A DNA stretch of 64,000 bases from Lentihominibacter sp. (GCA_045638485.1 JAZUBM010000006.1:79-64078), one strand, 5' to 3'; positions 1-10,702 are shown, counted from the first letter of the stretch. Notes: generated from the letters alone by a model not told the origin. A program made the numbers and translations.

Positions 1-1
1 A

Positions 2-1069
2 ATGAGAATTGATGAATTTGATTATACATTGCCGGAGGAACTGATTGCCCAGAGACCATCTGAAAAGAGAGATATCTGCCGTATGATGGTTCTGGACATG
101 GAAAATAAGACGGTTGACCATAAACATTTTTATGACGTTATTGATTACCTGAAAGAAGGAGACTGCCTGGTACTGAACAACTCCAAGGTTCTGCCTGCAA
201 GACTCTTTGGAGAGAAGGTAGGAACCGGCGTAAAGGTTGAATTTCTACTGATTAAGCGTTTAGAAGGCGACAAGTGGGAGACCATGGTCAGACCCGGTAG
301 AAGACTGAAACCGGGAGACAGCGTTTCCTTTGGTGAGAACTTTGTGGCACATATTTTGGAATACGGTGAAGACGGAACCCGTATTGTAGAGTTTGAATAC
401 GAAGGCATCTTCATGGAAAGACTGGAAGAAGTGGGTAGCATGCCGCTACCTCCATATATAGAAAGAGCCAGCGAAAACGATGACAAAGACAGATACCAGA
501 CTGTATACTGCAAGGAAGAAGGCTCTGTGGCTGCGCCTACGGCAGGTCTTCATTTTACAGATGAGATTCTTACAAAGGCACAGGCAAAGGGCGTAGAACT
601 GGCTTATGTTACTCTCCATGTGGGTATAGGAACATTCCGTCCCGTAAAGTGTGAGAACATTGAAGAGCACTCCATGCATTTTGAAGAGTATCATGTGAGT
701 GAAGAAAGTGCGGAGATTATAAATCGTGCTAAGAGAGAAGGACGCAGAGTTATATCTGTTGGTACTACTTCCACAAGAACCATCGAAAGTGCAGCATACT
801 TTGACGAGACGATCAAAGTTGATGGCAGAGAGAAAGATGGTTGCTGGCAGGTTAAGGCAGGAGGAGATAGCACAGGCATATTTATATATCCGGGCTATGA
901 ATTTAAGATCATTGATAGCCTAATCACCAACTTCCATCTGCCTAAATCCACATTGTTGATGCTCATATCTGCCCTTTACGATAGAGAGCAGATTCTTAAG
1001 GCATACGAAGAAGCCATTAAGGAAGAGTACAGATTCTTTAGTTATGGCGATGCCATGTTCATAGAGTAA
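2..1069 (+). CDS. queA: S-adenosylmethionine:tRNA ribosyltransferase-isomerase
   Basis: [47 protein letters not shown] and [10 protein letters not shown] motifs. Confidence 0.97.
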   Translation: MRIDEFDYTLPEELIAQRPSEKRDICRMMVLDMENKTVDHKHFYDVIDYLKEGDCLVLNNSKVLPARLFGEKVGTGVKVEFLLIKRLEGDKWETMVRPGRRLKPGDSVSFGENFVAHILEYGEDGTRIVEFEYEGIFMERLEEVGSMPLPPYIERASENDDKDRYQTVYCKEEGSVAAPTAGLHFTDEILTKAQAKGVELAYVTLHVGIGTFRPVKCENIEEHSMHFEEYHVSEESAEIINRAKREGRRVISVGTTSTRTIESAAYFDETIKVDGREKDGCWQVKAGGDSTGIFIYPGYEFKIIDSLITNFHLPKSTLLMLISALYDREQILKAYEEAIKEEYRFFSYGDAMFIE

Positions 1070-1087
1070 TTATAGAGGGATCATATA

Positions 1088-1597
1088 TTGAATAATAGAA
1101 ATGAATTGAAACGGGTCGAACATGAATTCGGTCCGTTTTATGATGAAAACTCAAAAGTACTGATACTTGGAAGCATACCTTCTCCTAAATCCAGGGAGCA
1201 GGGGTTTTATTATGGTCATCCACAGAATCGTTTCTGGAGGGTTTTGGCGGATATTTTAGATGAAGATTTCCCTGAGACTGTTGAAGATAGAAGAAGTATG
1301 TTGAAAAAACATAATATTGCCCTTTGGGATGTGCTGGATAGCTGTGAAATAAAAGGTGCATCTGATGCCAGTATCAAAAATGCCAAAGCAAATGACATGA
1401 GCTTTATACTTGATAAGGCACCAATCAAGGCAATTTTCACCACCGGTGCCAAAGCTGATGACTTATACAAAAAAATGTGTTATCCTATATGCGGCGTATC
1501 GTCAATTAAGCTTCCTTCAACAAGCCCGGCCAATTGCAGCTGTTCTTATGAGAAGCTGATCGAAGGATATAGCCAAATCCTTAAATACATTAGGTAA
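1088..1597 (+). CDS. Uracil-DNA glycosylase superfamily protein (DNA-deoxyinosine/hypoxanthine glycosylase-like)
   Basis: LILGSIPSPKSREQGFYYGHPQNRFW, ALWDVLDSCEIKGASDASI and LPSTSPAN motifs; TTG start after GAGGGA. Confidence 0.85.
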   Translation: MNNRNELKRVEHEFGPFYDENSKVLILGSIPSPKSREQGFYYGHPQNRFWRVLADILDEDFPETVEDRRSMLKKHNIALWDVLDSCEIKGASDASIKNAKANDMSFILDKAPIKAIFTTGAKADDLYKKMCYPICGVSSIKLPSTSPANCSCSYEKLIEGYSQILKYIR

Positions 1598-1600
1598 TAA

Positions 1601-2749
<1,149 letters not shown>

Positions 2750-2782
2750 TGTCTGAGCAGAAAATGAAAGGCAACATTTAAT

Positions 2783-3940
2783 ATGGAAATTTGTAGAGAC
2801 AGTAATGTTTGCGGTGGTTGCGTCTACCAAGGCGTACCGTACGAAGAACAACTGAAGAATAAGGCAGGCGAAGTAAAAGGTCTGCTTGATAAAAAAGATA
2901 TTCGTTATGGTGAGTTCTTTGATATTGAACCATCTCCAAACAGATATCATTATAGAAATAAAATGGAATATACCTTTGGTGACATGGAAAAGAACGGCCC
3001 GACTACTCTTGGCATGCACAAGAAAAAGCATTTCATGTCTATAATTACAGTAGAGCAATGCCAACTGGTTCATGTTGATTTCAATACAATCCTTAGAGGT
3101 GTGTTGGATTTCGTAATAGAAAGAGGCTATTCCCATTACCACAAGAAGAACCACAGAGGTCTTATGAGACATCTCATAGTAAGAAGAGGAGTAAGAACCG
3201 GTGAAATCTTGGTAAATGTAGTAACAAGCTCTGAAGAAGGTTTTGATGAAGACGCATTTGTAGAAATGATAAAGCAGCTGCCACTTGAAAACAAGGTGGT
3301 GGGCATTTTGAGAACCATCAACGACAGATTGGCCGATGCGGTATACTGTGATGAGCTGAGAGTTTTAGACGGCAGAGATTACTACATGGAAGAAATCCTT
3401 GGTCTCAAGTTTAAGGTGAGTGCATTCTCATTCTTCCAGACTAATGTTGAAGCTGTAGAAAAACTTTACTCATATGGTCTTGAGCTTATTGATGATTTCA
3501 GCAACAAGACTGCATTTGACCTTTATTGTGGTACAGGTACCATAACTCAGACTTTAGCGAAGAAAGCCAAGAAAGTTATAGGTATAGAACTGGTGGAAGA
3601 AGCTGTAGAGGCTGCTAAAGTAAATGCTGAGCTCAATGGTCTTGATAACTGCGAATTTATCGCAGGAGATGTATTTGAAGTACTGAAGACTGTGGAAGAG
3701 AAACCCGATGTAATCGTTGTGGATCCTCCTAGGATGGGAATCAAACCTGATGCTCTCGATAAGATTATAGGATATGGTGTGGATCAGATAGTTTACATAT
3801 CATGTAATCCTAAAACACTGGTTGAGAATTTGTATTATATGCAGTACTACGGATATGATGTAATTTCAGTGAAACCATTTGATAATTTTGCCGGCACTAA
3901 GCATTGTGAAGCTGTAGCGTTGTTACAGAAAAGAAAGTAA
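2783..3940 (+). CDS. RlmD/TrmA-family uracil-C5 RNA methyltransferase lacking the TRAM domain
   Basis: C-x5-CGGC Fe-S motif, YRNKMEY, SAFSFFQTN, DLYCGTGTI, VDPPRMG, YISCNPKTL and HCE. Confidence 0.88.
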   Translation: MEICRDSNVCGGCVYQGVPYEEQLKNKAGEVKGLLDKKDIRYGEFFDIEPSPNRYHYRNKMEYTFGDMEKNGPTTLGMHKKKHFMSIITVEQCQLVHVDFNTILRGVLDFVIERGYSHYHKKNHRGLMRHLIVRRGVRTGEILVNVVTSSEEGFDEDAFVEMIKQLPLENKVVGILRTINDRLADAVYCDELRVLDGRDYYMEEILGLKFKVSAFSFFQTNVEAVEKLYSYGLELIDDFSNKTAFDLYCGTGTITQTLAKKAKKVIGIELVEEAVEAAKVNAELNGLDNCEFIAGDVFEVLKTVEEKPDVIVVDPPRMGIKPDALDKIIGYGVDQIVYISCNPKTLVENLYYMQYYGYDVISVKPFDNFAGTKHCEAVALLQKRK

Positions 3941-3969
3941 GATGTTATAAGTAAATAGAACAAATATAA

Positions 3970-3996
3970 AAATCCCGGTTTATTCAACCGGGATTT
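3970..3996. terminator. Bidirectional intrinsic terminator
   Basis: AAATCCCGGTT-tattc-AACCGGGATTT between convergent genes. Confidence 0.8.
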
Positions 3997-4041
3997 AAAT
4001 TTCACATTTTTAATTGTAATGTTGCATAGAATCAGAAATGA

Positions 4042-4674
4042 TTATTCTTCGATTCCGTTCCATTCTTCCATATCTCTGTTCCATTCAGGATAATCAACCA
4101 GAACGTCAGCGCAAGGGTAGTCGATACCCAGGATGCAAACTACAGTACCTTCACTGTCATAAACAGGAGCGAATGCTGACCAGCAGATGTCGTGGTTTGT
4201 GCCAGCTTCATCATTGATCCAAGCTGATCTAGCAGCAGCAGTAGCGCCGTCCCAAGCTTCTGTGAACTGAACTTCCCAACCATAGTCTACGCCCCAGTCA
4301 TCAGGATCTTCGCATCCATCAACTGTGATAGCAAAGCTACCATCGTAACCAGCTTCAACGTCATATGTAATAACATCGTCTACTAATGGTGACATTGCAT
4401 AGATATAAGTTGCACCACATTCTTCTCTAGCATCCCAGAGATCCTGCATAATATCATTGTATTCAGCATAGTCTCTAGCTTCTCCTGAATTCAGCAGAGC
4501 AGCGTATTCATCTCCCCAGCCATCTTCAGTCAGGTCTGCAGCATACTGTTCAACATAGCTTGAAGCCTGATCTTTAACTGCCTGCACGTCAGCAGGAACT
4601 TCTTCTGAACCGCCGCATGCAGCCAGTCCAAATGCGAGTACGAGTGCCATAATTGCGATTAATAACTTTTTCAT
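4042..4674 (-). CDS. Acidic lipoprotein consisting of a stand-alone Cache/PDC-like sensor domain
   Basis: Signal peptide with lipobox LAAC20; GGAGG RBS; YIYAM...ITVDG...WSAFAPVYDSEGTVVCILGIDY matches the PDC/Cache fold pattern of chemoreceptor and kinase ectodomains. Confidence 0.7.
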   Translation of the reverse strand: MKKLLIAIMALVLAFGLAACGGSEEVPADVQAVKDQASSYVEQYAADLTEDGWGDEYAALLNSGEARDYAEYNDIMQDLWDAREECGATYIYAMSPLVDDVITYDVEAGYDGSFAITVDGCEDPDDWGVDYGWEVQFTEAWDGATAAARSAWINDEAGTNHDICWSAFAPVYDSEGTVVCILGIDYPCADVLVDYPEWNRDMEEWNGIEE

Positions 4675-4814
4675 AATTACCTCCTATAATGGAATAAATA
4701 AATGTTATAGCAATTTTATCAAATAAAGTGTTGAATTGCAACTTCAAATGTAGAATATTCAGTATTTTTACAATAATTTTGTGGTATAATGTTGCTGTAA
4801 ATCGGAGGTGAAAA

Positions 4815-5255
4815 ATGAAGACGAAAAATGACGTAATGGAGAGGCTTAAAATGATAGCAAAAGAAGTGCAAGACGATGAAGCTTCTAAGATGAACGCAAT
4901 GCTTGCACCCGAACCATATGACTGTGATGTGGAGACACTAACCACTATTATCAGATATAAAGCACAACCATGGGAACAAAACCATAGAGGAGAAGTTCAC
5001 GGAGGTGCTGTTGCCGCCATGTTCGATACTGCGATGGGTATGAGCATTATAGGTCTTTCAGATCGTGACTCCGTTGCAACTGCGGACCTTGATGTTAGTT
5101 TCATAAGACCATTCACCGGTGAATATTTCTTATTTGAAGTGAATGTAATCAGATTGGGAAGAACGATGGCCAGAGTCAGAGCATTGGCCAAGGATCAGGC
5201 TTCAGGTAAAATACTTGCTTCTGCAACATCGAACTTTGTATATACTGACAGATAG
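4815..5255 (+). CDS. PaaI-family (hotdog fold) thioesterase
   Basis: NHRGEVHGGAVAAMFDTAMG, TADLDVSFIRP and GRTMA motifs; GGAGGTG RBS. Confidence 0.88.
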   Translation: MKTKNDVMERLKMIAKEVQDDEASKMNAMLAPEPYDCDVETLTTIIRYKAQPWEQNHRGEVHGGAVAAMFDTAMGMSIIGLSDRDSVATADLDVSFIRPFTGEYFLFEVNVIRLGRTMARVRALAKDQASGKILASATSNFVYTDR

Positions 5256-5288
5256 ATATAAACATATAATAAATATAGAAAGAAGAAA

Positions 5289-5318
5289 AAATCGGTATCC
5301 TTTTTCGGATACCGATTT
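5289..5318. terminator. Bidirectional intrinsic terminator
   Basis: AAATCGGTATCC-tttttc-GGATACCGATTT between convergent genes. Confidence 0.8.
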
Positions 5319-5333
5319 ACTTTTGTTTAAATA

Positions 5334-6755
5334 TTATTTTGTTATAAGCCCTTCAAGGAAATTACAGATGTTTGAAAGGGCAGCTTCGCCATGGTGTATA
5401 TTACACTGATATGAGATAATATTCAAAGGTGCCTTTGCTGCGAAAATTTCACATTCGCTGCTATTCATAGTATATTCGAATATTGTTTCTTCTGCTCCGA
5501 GTGTGTCAGCGAAGTATGTGGCAAGTTCAGTATTATCTTTAGTAGGCCATGTGAGTTTTGTTTCAGATTTATCATAGTCAATATCGCAAAGACCTGAAGT
5601 GGTTTCATAAACTTCGGAGAGTTCATCAAGAACTTCTTTGTCAGTAGCTCTAAATGTTGCTAACAGTTCAAACTGACCATCATTTGTAGATACCTTTGAG
5701 ATTTCAGCCAGAGCTAAAGATTTTTCCTCTTTTTCTTCTTCTGAATCCTTGTTCTCTTCTGCAACTTCTTCTTTATGATATTTTCCTGTCTTAAGAGTAT
5801 ACATAAGACTGATTATATTATCGCTTGATTCACTGGATATAACAACATCAGGCATATCTGTTTCGGTGAAAGTATACACGAAATTATCTTCAAGCTTTTC
5901 AAATTTTTTCTTCATACTATTGTATGAACTTTTGAATTTCTTTTCAAAGCTTGATACATCGTTGGCATCTATAACAACAACTGCAGTTGCTGAAGTAGGA
6001 ACATATCCGGAGGTGTTTTCACATTCAAAAGAGGCTAATTGGAAAAGCTGCCCGGAGCTTTTTTCTGTAGCCAGCAGATTACCAATAACTTCTACCGGGT
6101 TAGGGTAATCACTATCATCTTGATTGAATGGATCATGATAACCGGATATTTTCATTGTTATGGCATATGCAAAAGGATAATGAGGTGCTGCTTCTTCAAG
6201 CTGAGTTGTCATGGAAGCTGTCAATGCATTAGAACCTGATGTATAAAGTTCGATATCATCATTTTGCTTCATGTTTATGAAATGATCGGTTACAACGTAT
6301 TTAGAAGGAACAGCCTTTGCACCATTAAAAGCACCATTATCTGTTTCTGTAATTATTAAAGTTATATCTCCATGCTCCAAAGGTCCCAGCAAACTTGTCA
6401 ATGAGATAGAAAGACTCTGTAGGGAATTACTAAAGTTTTTAGTGTCTATCGTGCACTGAAGTGTAGTCGAATCTGCTTTTTTTCCGCCTTCTGTTGCAGG
6501 GTTTTTAAGAACCATATAGCTTGACTCGTTAGAGATGACTTTTATATCATTCTTACTTGCCCATGACAGAAGATATTCGGAAATAAGTTCGTATTCACCG
6601 GTGGAACCGGAAAACGTAGATGTCAACTCCTCATAAGTTGAATTTAGTGATTCGTTAAGCTCCTTTTGTCTGTCAGCACTGGCCGAACCGCAACCTGATA
6701 GTACAGTTGAAAGCACTAATACACCAAGTATAAAAAATACGAAAATCTTCTTCAT
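5334..6755 (-). CDS. Lipoprotein, degenerate M20/PepD-like peptidase homolog (probably catalytically inactive)
   Basis: Lipobox LSGC22; YLLSWASKN..KNPATEG..TLQCTID, EHGDITLIITETDNGAFNGAKAV and YVPTSATA align with PepD blocks, but the metal ligands are substituted. Confidence 0.65.
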   Translation of the reverse strand: MKKIFVFFILGVLVLSTVLSGCGSASADRQKELNESLNSTYEELTSTFSGSTGEYELISEYLLSWASKNDIKVISNESSYMVLKNPATEGGKKADSTTLQCTIDTKNFSNSLQSLSISLTSLLGPLEHGDITLIITETDNGAFNGAKAVPSKYVVTDHFINMKQNDDIELYTSGSNALTASMTTQLEEAAPHYPFAYAITMKISGYHDPFNQDDSDYPNPVEVIGNLLATEKSSGQLFQLASFECENTSGYVPTSATAVVVIDANDVSSFEKKFKSSYNSMKKKFEKLEDNFVYTFTETDMPDVVISSESSDNIISLMYTLKTGKYHKEEVAEENKDSEEEKEEKSLALAEISKVSTNDGQFELLATFRATDKEVLDELSEVYETTSGLCDIDYDKSETKLTWPTKDNTELATYFADTLGAEETIFEYTMNSSECEIFAAKAPLNIISYQCNIHHGEAALSNICNFLEGLITK

Positions 6756-6880
6756 ATTTTATATTTCTCCTTGTTTATTCTAAGAATTATTAATATAATG
6801 AATAATAATATAATATCATAATTAAATAATAAAATGTAGAGATTAAGTGAACTTTAACTAAAATATATAAGGAGATAGCT

Positions 6881-7417
6881 ATGGAAACTCAGAACTTTAT
6901 AATTAGAGAAACTGAATTTAGGGACTATGAATATTTTGCGATTTGGGAAAAGGATCCAGTTGTAACAAAGTTTCTTTCTTTTGACGAAGAAAGATCTTAT
7001 GAGGATGTAGTTACAGAAGGACTTTATAATAAGTTTAGTGCTGAGAGAATGGACTTTACAATTGTAGAAAGAGATACAGATAAGCCTATAGGAAGAATAT
7101 ATATATCCAGAATAGACAGACACAGTGACTCTTTGGACATAACAAAGTTCTATATCGGAGATTCTCAGATGTGGGGAAAAGGCGTTGGCAGAGAAATTAT
7201 GAACGAAGTTCTTGAATACTGCTTTACTTTCCTTCATATGGAAAGAGTAACTCTTGATTATTACACAGGAAACAAGAGAGCATCATCATTATATGAAAGT
7301 CTCGGTTTCAAGAGTGAGGGAGTAGCAAGAAATGCCACAAAGAAAGATGGAAGATACTACGACCTCAATTTAATGTCAATGCTCAGAAGCGAGTTTTTTG
7401 GAGATAAGGGCAAGTAA
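6881..7417 (+). CDS. GNAT (RimJ/RimL-type) N-acetyltransferase
   Basis: WGKGVGREIM, N-x-RASSLYESLGFKSEG and YYDLNLMSML; AGGAG RBS. Confidence 0.88.
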   Translation: METQNFIIRETEFRDYEYFAIWEKDPVVTKFLSFDEERSYEDVVTEGLYNKFSAERMDFTIVERDTDKPIGRIYISRIDRHSDSLDITKFYIGDSQMWGKGVGREIMNEVLEYCFTFLHMERVTLDYYTGNKRASSLYESLGFKSEGVARNATKKDGRYYDLNLMSMLRSEFFGDKGK

Positions 7418-7471
7418 AACAAATACGATTTGTATAATTAATGAGTGACGAAAAACATAATTATGTTAACA

Positions 7472-7501
7472 AAAAGCCTCGGGTTATAATCCGAGGCTTT
7501 T
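7472..7501 (+). terminator. Intrinsic terminator after the GNAT gene
   Basis: AAAAGCCTCGG-gttataat-CCGAGGCTTTT. Confidence 0.8.
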
Positions 7502-7538
7502 GTAATGCAAAAAGAACAATAAAATACATAAATCGATG

Positions 7539-7603
7539 TTGACTACGTCCGTATTTTGTGTATAATTTTCTTTGGAATCTATATATGGACCCATATATAG
7601 TGT
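7539..7603 (+). promoter_or_regulatory. sigmaA promoter of nrdDG followed by NrdR-box-like sites
   Basis: TTGACT-16-TATAAT (7539-7566); CTATATATGG and CCATATATAGTGT (7579-7603) resemble acaCwAtATaTwGtgt. Confidence 0.6.
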
Positions 7604-7678
7604 ATTCGAAACATAATAGCTAACATTAATTTAATTGATTAAATCGATATAGAACCATGTATTGTAAGGAGTAAGATT

Positions 7679-10024
7679 ATGAGTCAGATTAAACAGATTA
7701 TCAAGAGAGATGGTAGAACAGTTGATTTTGACAGCAATAAAATCGCTGAGGCTATCTACAAAGCCGCAGAAGTATTGGGCGGCAGAGACCGTGACATGGC
7801 TAATTTCCTGTCAAAGCAGGTAGAATTATACCTGACTGAAATATGTCACAACGAAACACCTACAGTAGAACAGATTCAGGACGCAGTAGAAAAAGTACTT
7901 ATTGAAAACGGTCATGCAAGAACTGCCAAGGAATTTATCCTTTACAGAGCAGAACGTACAAGAGTAAGAGATATGAACACTCGTCTTATGAAAACGTTTG
8001 AAGATCTGACTTTTAAAGATGCTAAGGATAACGATACTAAACGTGAAAATGCAAATATCGATGGCGATACAGCTATGGGTACAATGTTAAAGTACGGTTC
8101 AGAAGGCGCTAAACAGTTCTATGAAATGTTTGTACTCAAGCCTGTTCATGCTAAGGCTCACAGAGAAGGCGATATCCATATTCATGATATGGACTTCCTT
8201 ACGCTTACTACTACATGTTGTCAGATAGATATAGAAAAACTTTTCAAAGGTGGATTCTCAACAGGACATGGATTCCTGAGAGAGCCTAACGATATCCAGA
8301 GCTATGCAGCACTGGCTTGTATAGCAATTCAGTCAAACCAGAACGATCAGCATGGCGGTCAGAGTATTCCTGACTTTGACTACGGTATGGCTAATGGTGT
8401 TAAGAAGACATTCAGAAAGCTGTATTGGACAAACATGGGTAAAATGCTCAACCTGCTTTTCGATATTGAAGATGGTGTAGAAAAGACTAAGGCTATCGGT
8501 GCTGAAATTATGGAAAAGCACGGAATCTTCCCAATCATCGCTGACGATAACAATTATAAAGCAATAGAAAGAGAATACCTGAAGGAACTGATTGACGAAA
8601 AGTATATAGATAGACTTCAGCAGAAGACTACTAAATATGCTAACCAGGAAATCAAGAGAGCAACTTATCAGGCAATGGAAGCATTCGTACATAACTTAAA
8701 TACAATGCATTCAAGAGCCGGTGCTCAGATTCCGTTCTCATCAATCAACTACGGAACAGATACATCCCCTGAAGGAAGACTGGTTACAGAAAACATCATG
8801 CTGGCTACAGAAGCAGGATTAGGTAACGGAGAAACAGCTATCTTCCCAATCCATATCTTTAAGATTAAGGAAGGTATCAACTATAATCCGGAAGATCCTA
8901 ACTACGACATGTTCAAGCTGGCGTGCAGAGTATCCGCTAAGAGATTGTTCCCTAACTTCTCATTCCTGGATGCTCCGTTCAACCTTGCTTACTATAACCC
9001 TGAAGATCACAATACAGAAGTTGCATATATGGGTTGCAGAACAAGAGTAATCGGAAATCATTACGATCCTTCAAGAGAAGTAGTAGGCGGAAGAGGAAAC
9101 TTGAGCTTTACATCAGTAAACCTTCCTAGAATTGCTATCAAGGCTCATGGAGATATCGATATTTTCTTCGAAGAACTGGAAAGAAAAGTTGACCTCTGTG
9201 CTAATCAGTTGATGGAAAGATACAAGATCCAGGCGTCAAAGAAAGTTAAGAACTATCCGTTCCTGATGGGACAGGGCATTTGGTTGGATTCAGATAAGCT
9301 GAAGCCTGAAGATTCCGTTGCTGAAGTTCTGAAGCACGGAACTCTTACAGTAGGATTTATCGGTCTGGCAGAATGTCTCAAGGCACTTCTGGGCAGCCAC
9401 CACGGTGAATCTGCGGAAGCTCAGAGACTGGGTCTTGAAATTATCGGCTTCATGAGAAAGAAGATGGATGAGTATACTAAGGAAACCGGATTCAACTATA
9501 CACTCATCGCTACTCCTGCAGAAGGCCTTTCAGGAAGATTCGTAAGAATCGACAGAGCTAGATACGGAGTAATCGAAGGCGTTACAGACAGAGATTACTA
9601 CACTAACTCATTCCATGTGCCTGTTTACTACAACATCAATGCGTTCGATAAGATTAAACTGGAAGCTCCTTATCATGCACTGACAAATGCAGGACATATT
9701 ACATATGTTGAACTGGATGGAGACCCTTGTAAGAACCTGGATGCATTTGAACAGGTAGTAAGATGCATGAAGGAAAGCGGAGTGGGTTATGGTTCCATCA
9801 ACCATCCTGTAGACAGAGACCCTGTTTGCGGATACACAGGAATTATCGACAATGAATGTCCTCACTGTCACAGAACTGAGGAAGATGGAGATCAGGGATT
9901 CGAAAGAATCAGACGTATCACCGGATACCTGGTGGGAACAATGGACAACTGGAACGATGCAAAGACTTCAGAAGAAGCAGACAGAGTTAAGCATAGTCTT
10001 GACAGCGAAATGGAGACTTTATAA
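7679..10024 (+). CDS. nrdD: Anaerobic ribonucleoside-triphosphate reductase (class III) with N-terminal ATP-cone
   Basis: IIKRDGR ATP-cone, MGCRT, RGNLSFTSVNLPR, ATPAEGLSGRF and glycyl-radical RIRRITGYL. Confidence 0.97.
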   Translation: MSQIKQIIKRDGRTVDFDSNKIAEAIYKAAEVLGGRDRDMANFLSKQVELYLTEICHNETPTVEQIQDAVEKVLIENGHARTAKEFILYRAERTRVRDMNTRLMKTFEDLTFKDAKDNDTKRENANIDGDTAMGTMLKYGSEGAKQFYEMFVLKPVHAKAHREGDIHIHDMDFLTLTTTCCQIDIEKLFKGGFSTGHGFLREPNDIQSYAALACIAIQSNQNDQHGGQSIPDFDYGMANGVKKTFRKLYWTNMGKMLNLLFDIEDGVEKTKAIGAEIMEKHGIFPIIADDNNYKAIEREYLKELIDEKYIDRLQQKTTKYANQEIKRATYQAMEAFVHNLNTMHSRAGAQIPFSSINYGTDTSPEGRLVTENIMLATEAGLGNGETAIFPIHIFKIKEGINYNPEDPNYDMFKLACRVSAKRLFPNFSFLDAPFNLAYYNPEDHNTEVAYMGCRTRVIGNHYDPSREVVGGRGNLSFTSVNLPRIAIKAHGDIDIFFEELERKVDLCANQLMERYKIQASKKVKNYPFLMGQGIWLDSDKLKPEDSVAEVLKHGTLTVGFIGLAECLKALLGSHHGESAEAQRLGLEIIGFMRKKMDEYTKETGFNYTLIATPAEGLSGRFVRIDRARYGVIEGVTDRDYYTNSFHVPVYYNINAFDKIKLEAPYHALTNAGHITYVELDGDPCKNLDAFEQVVRCMKESGVGYGSINHPVDRDPVCGYTGIIDNECPHCHRTEEDGDQGFERIRRITGYLVGTMDNWNDAKTSEEADRVKHSLDSEMETL

Positions 10025-10540
10025 ATGAATAAGGCTGATTCGTTGAGATTAGCCGGCATAGTGAGAGAATCAATCGTTGACGGCCCGGGCATCAGATTTA
10101 CAGTCTTTTGTCAGGGCTGTCCGCATGCATGCGAAGGATGTCATAATCCTGAAACACATGATTTCGCCGGCGGTAAAGATGTCAGCATTGAGAGATTGCT
10201 GGAAGAAATAGATAAGAACAAGCTACTTGCGGGAGTAACTTTCTCGGGGGGAGAGCCGTTCTGTCAGCCTGAAGGGTTTGTTGAACTTGGAAAAAGAGTT
10301 AAAGAAAGAGGCCTTAACATAACTGTATTCAGCGGATATACTTTGGATGAACTCAAGACAATGAGTGTGCAAAGTGCAGCTGTCGCTGAGCTTTTAGAAC
10401 TTACTGATATACTGATTGATGGTCCTTTCCAAAAGGACTTAAAGGACTTAACACTTCAGTTTAGAGGAAGCAGTAATCAGAGAGTTATAGATATGAATGC
10501 GACCAGAAAGTGCGGAGAAGTCACTATTTGGAAGGGCTAG
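10025..10540 (+). CDS. nrdG: Anaerobic RNR activating enzyme (radical SAM)
   Basis: SIVDGPGIR, QGCPHACEGCHNP, TFSGGEPF and FRGSSNQR. Confidence 0.96.
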   Translation: MNKADSLRLAGIVRESIVDGPGIRFTVFCQGCPHACEGCHNPETHDFAGGKDVSIERLLEEIDKNKLLAGVTFSGGEPFCQPEGFVELGKRVKERGLNITVFSGYTLDELKTMSVQSAAVAELLELTDILIDGPFQKDLKDLTLQFRGSSNQRVIDMNATRKCGEVTIWKG

Positions 10541-10702
10541 AGAGATTATATTATTATTTGAAATATAGCAGAAAAAAGTTCTTGTGTTTGCTTTTTTCTT
10601 GTGCTATAATGTCATTTGTTCGAGTCTGTGAAGACTTGGACAGAATATTTAAAAGAAATTGCGAAAGCTTTTAGATACTATACGTATAAGGAGGTGCGGC
10701 AG

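Noticed and set aside
10616-10702. Longer ORF-track starts for rpmB, and likewise for pgsA, cinA, obgE, tig and hup
   Set aside because: SD position and family N-termini support the downstream ATGs used in the features.
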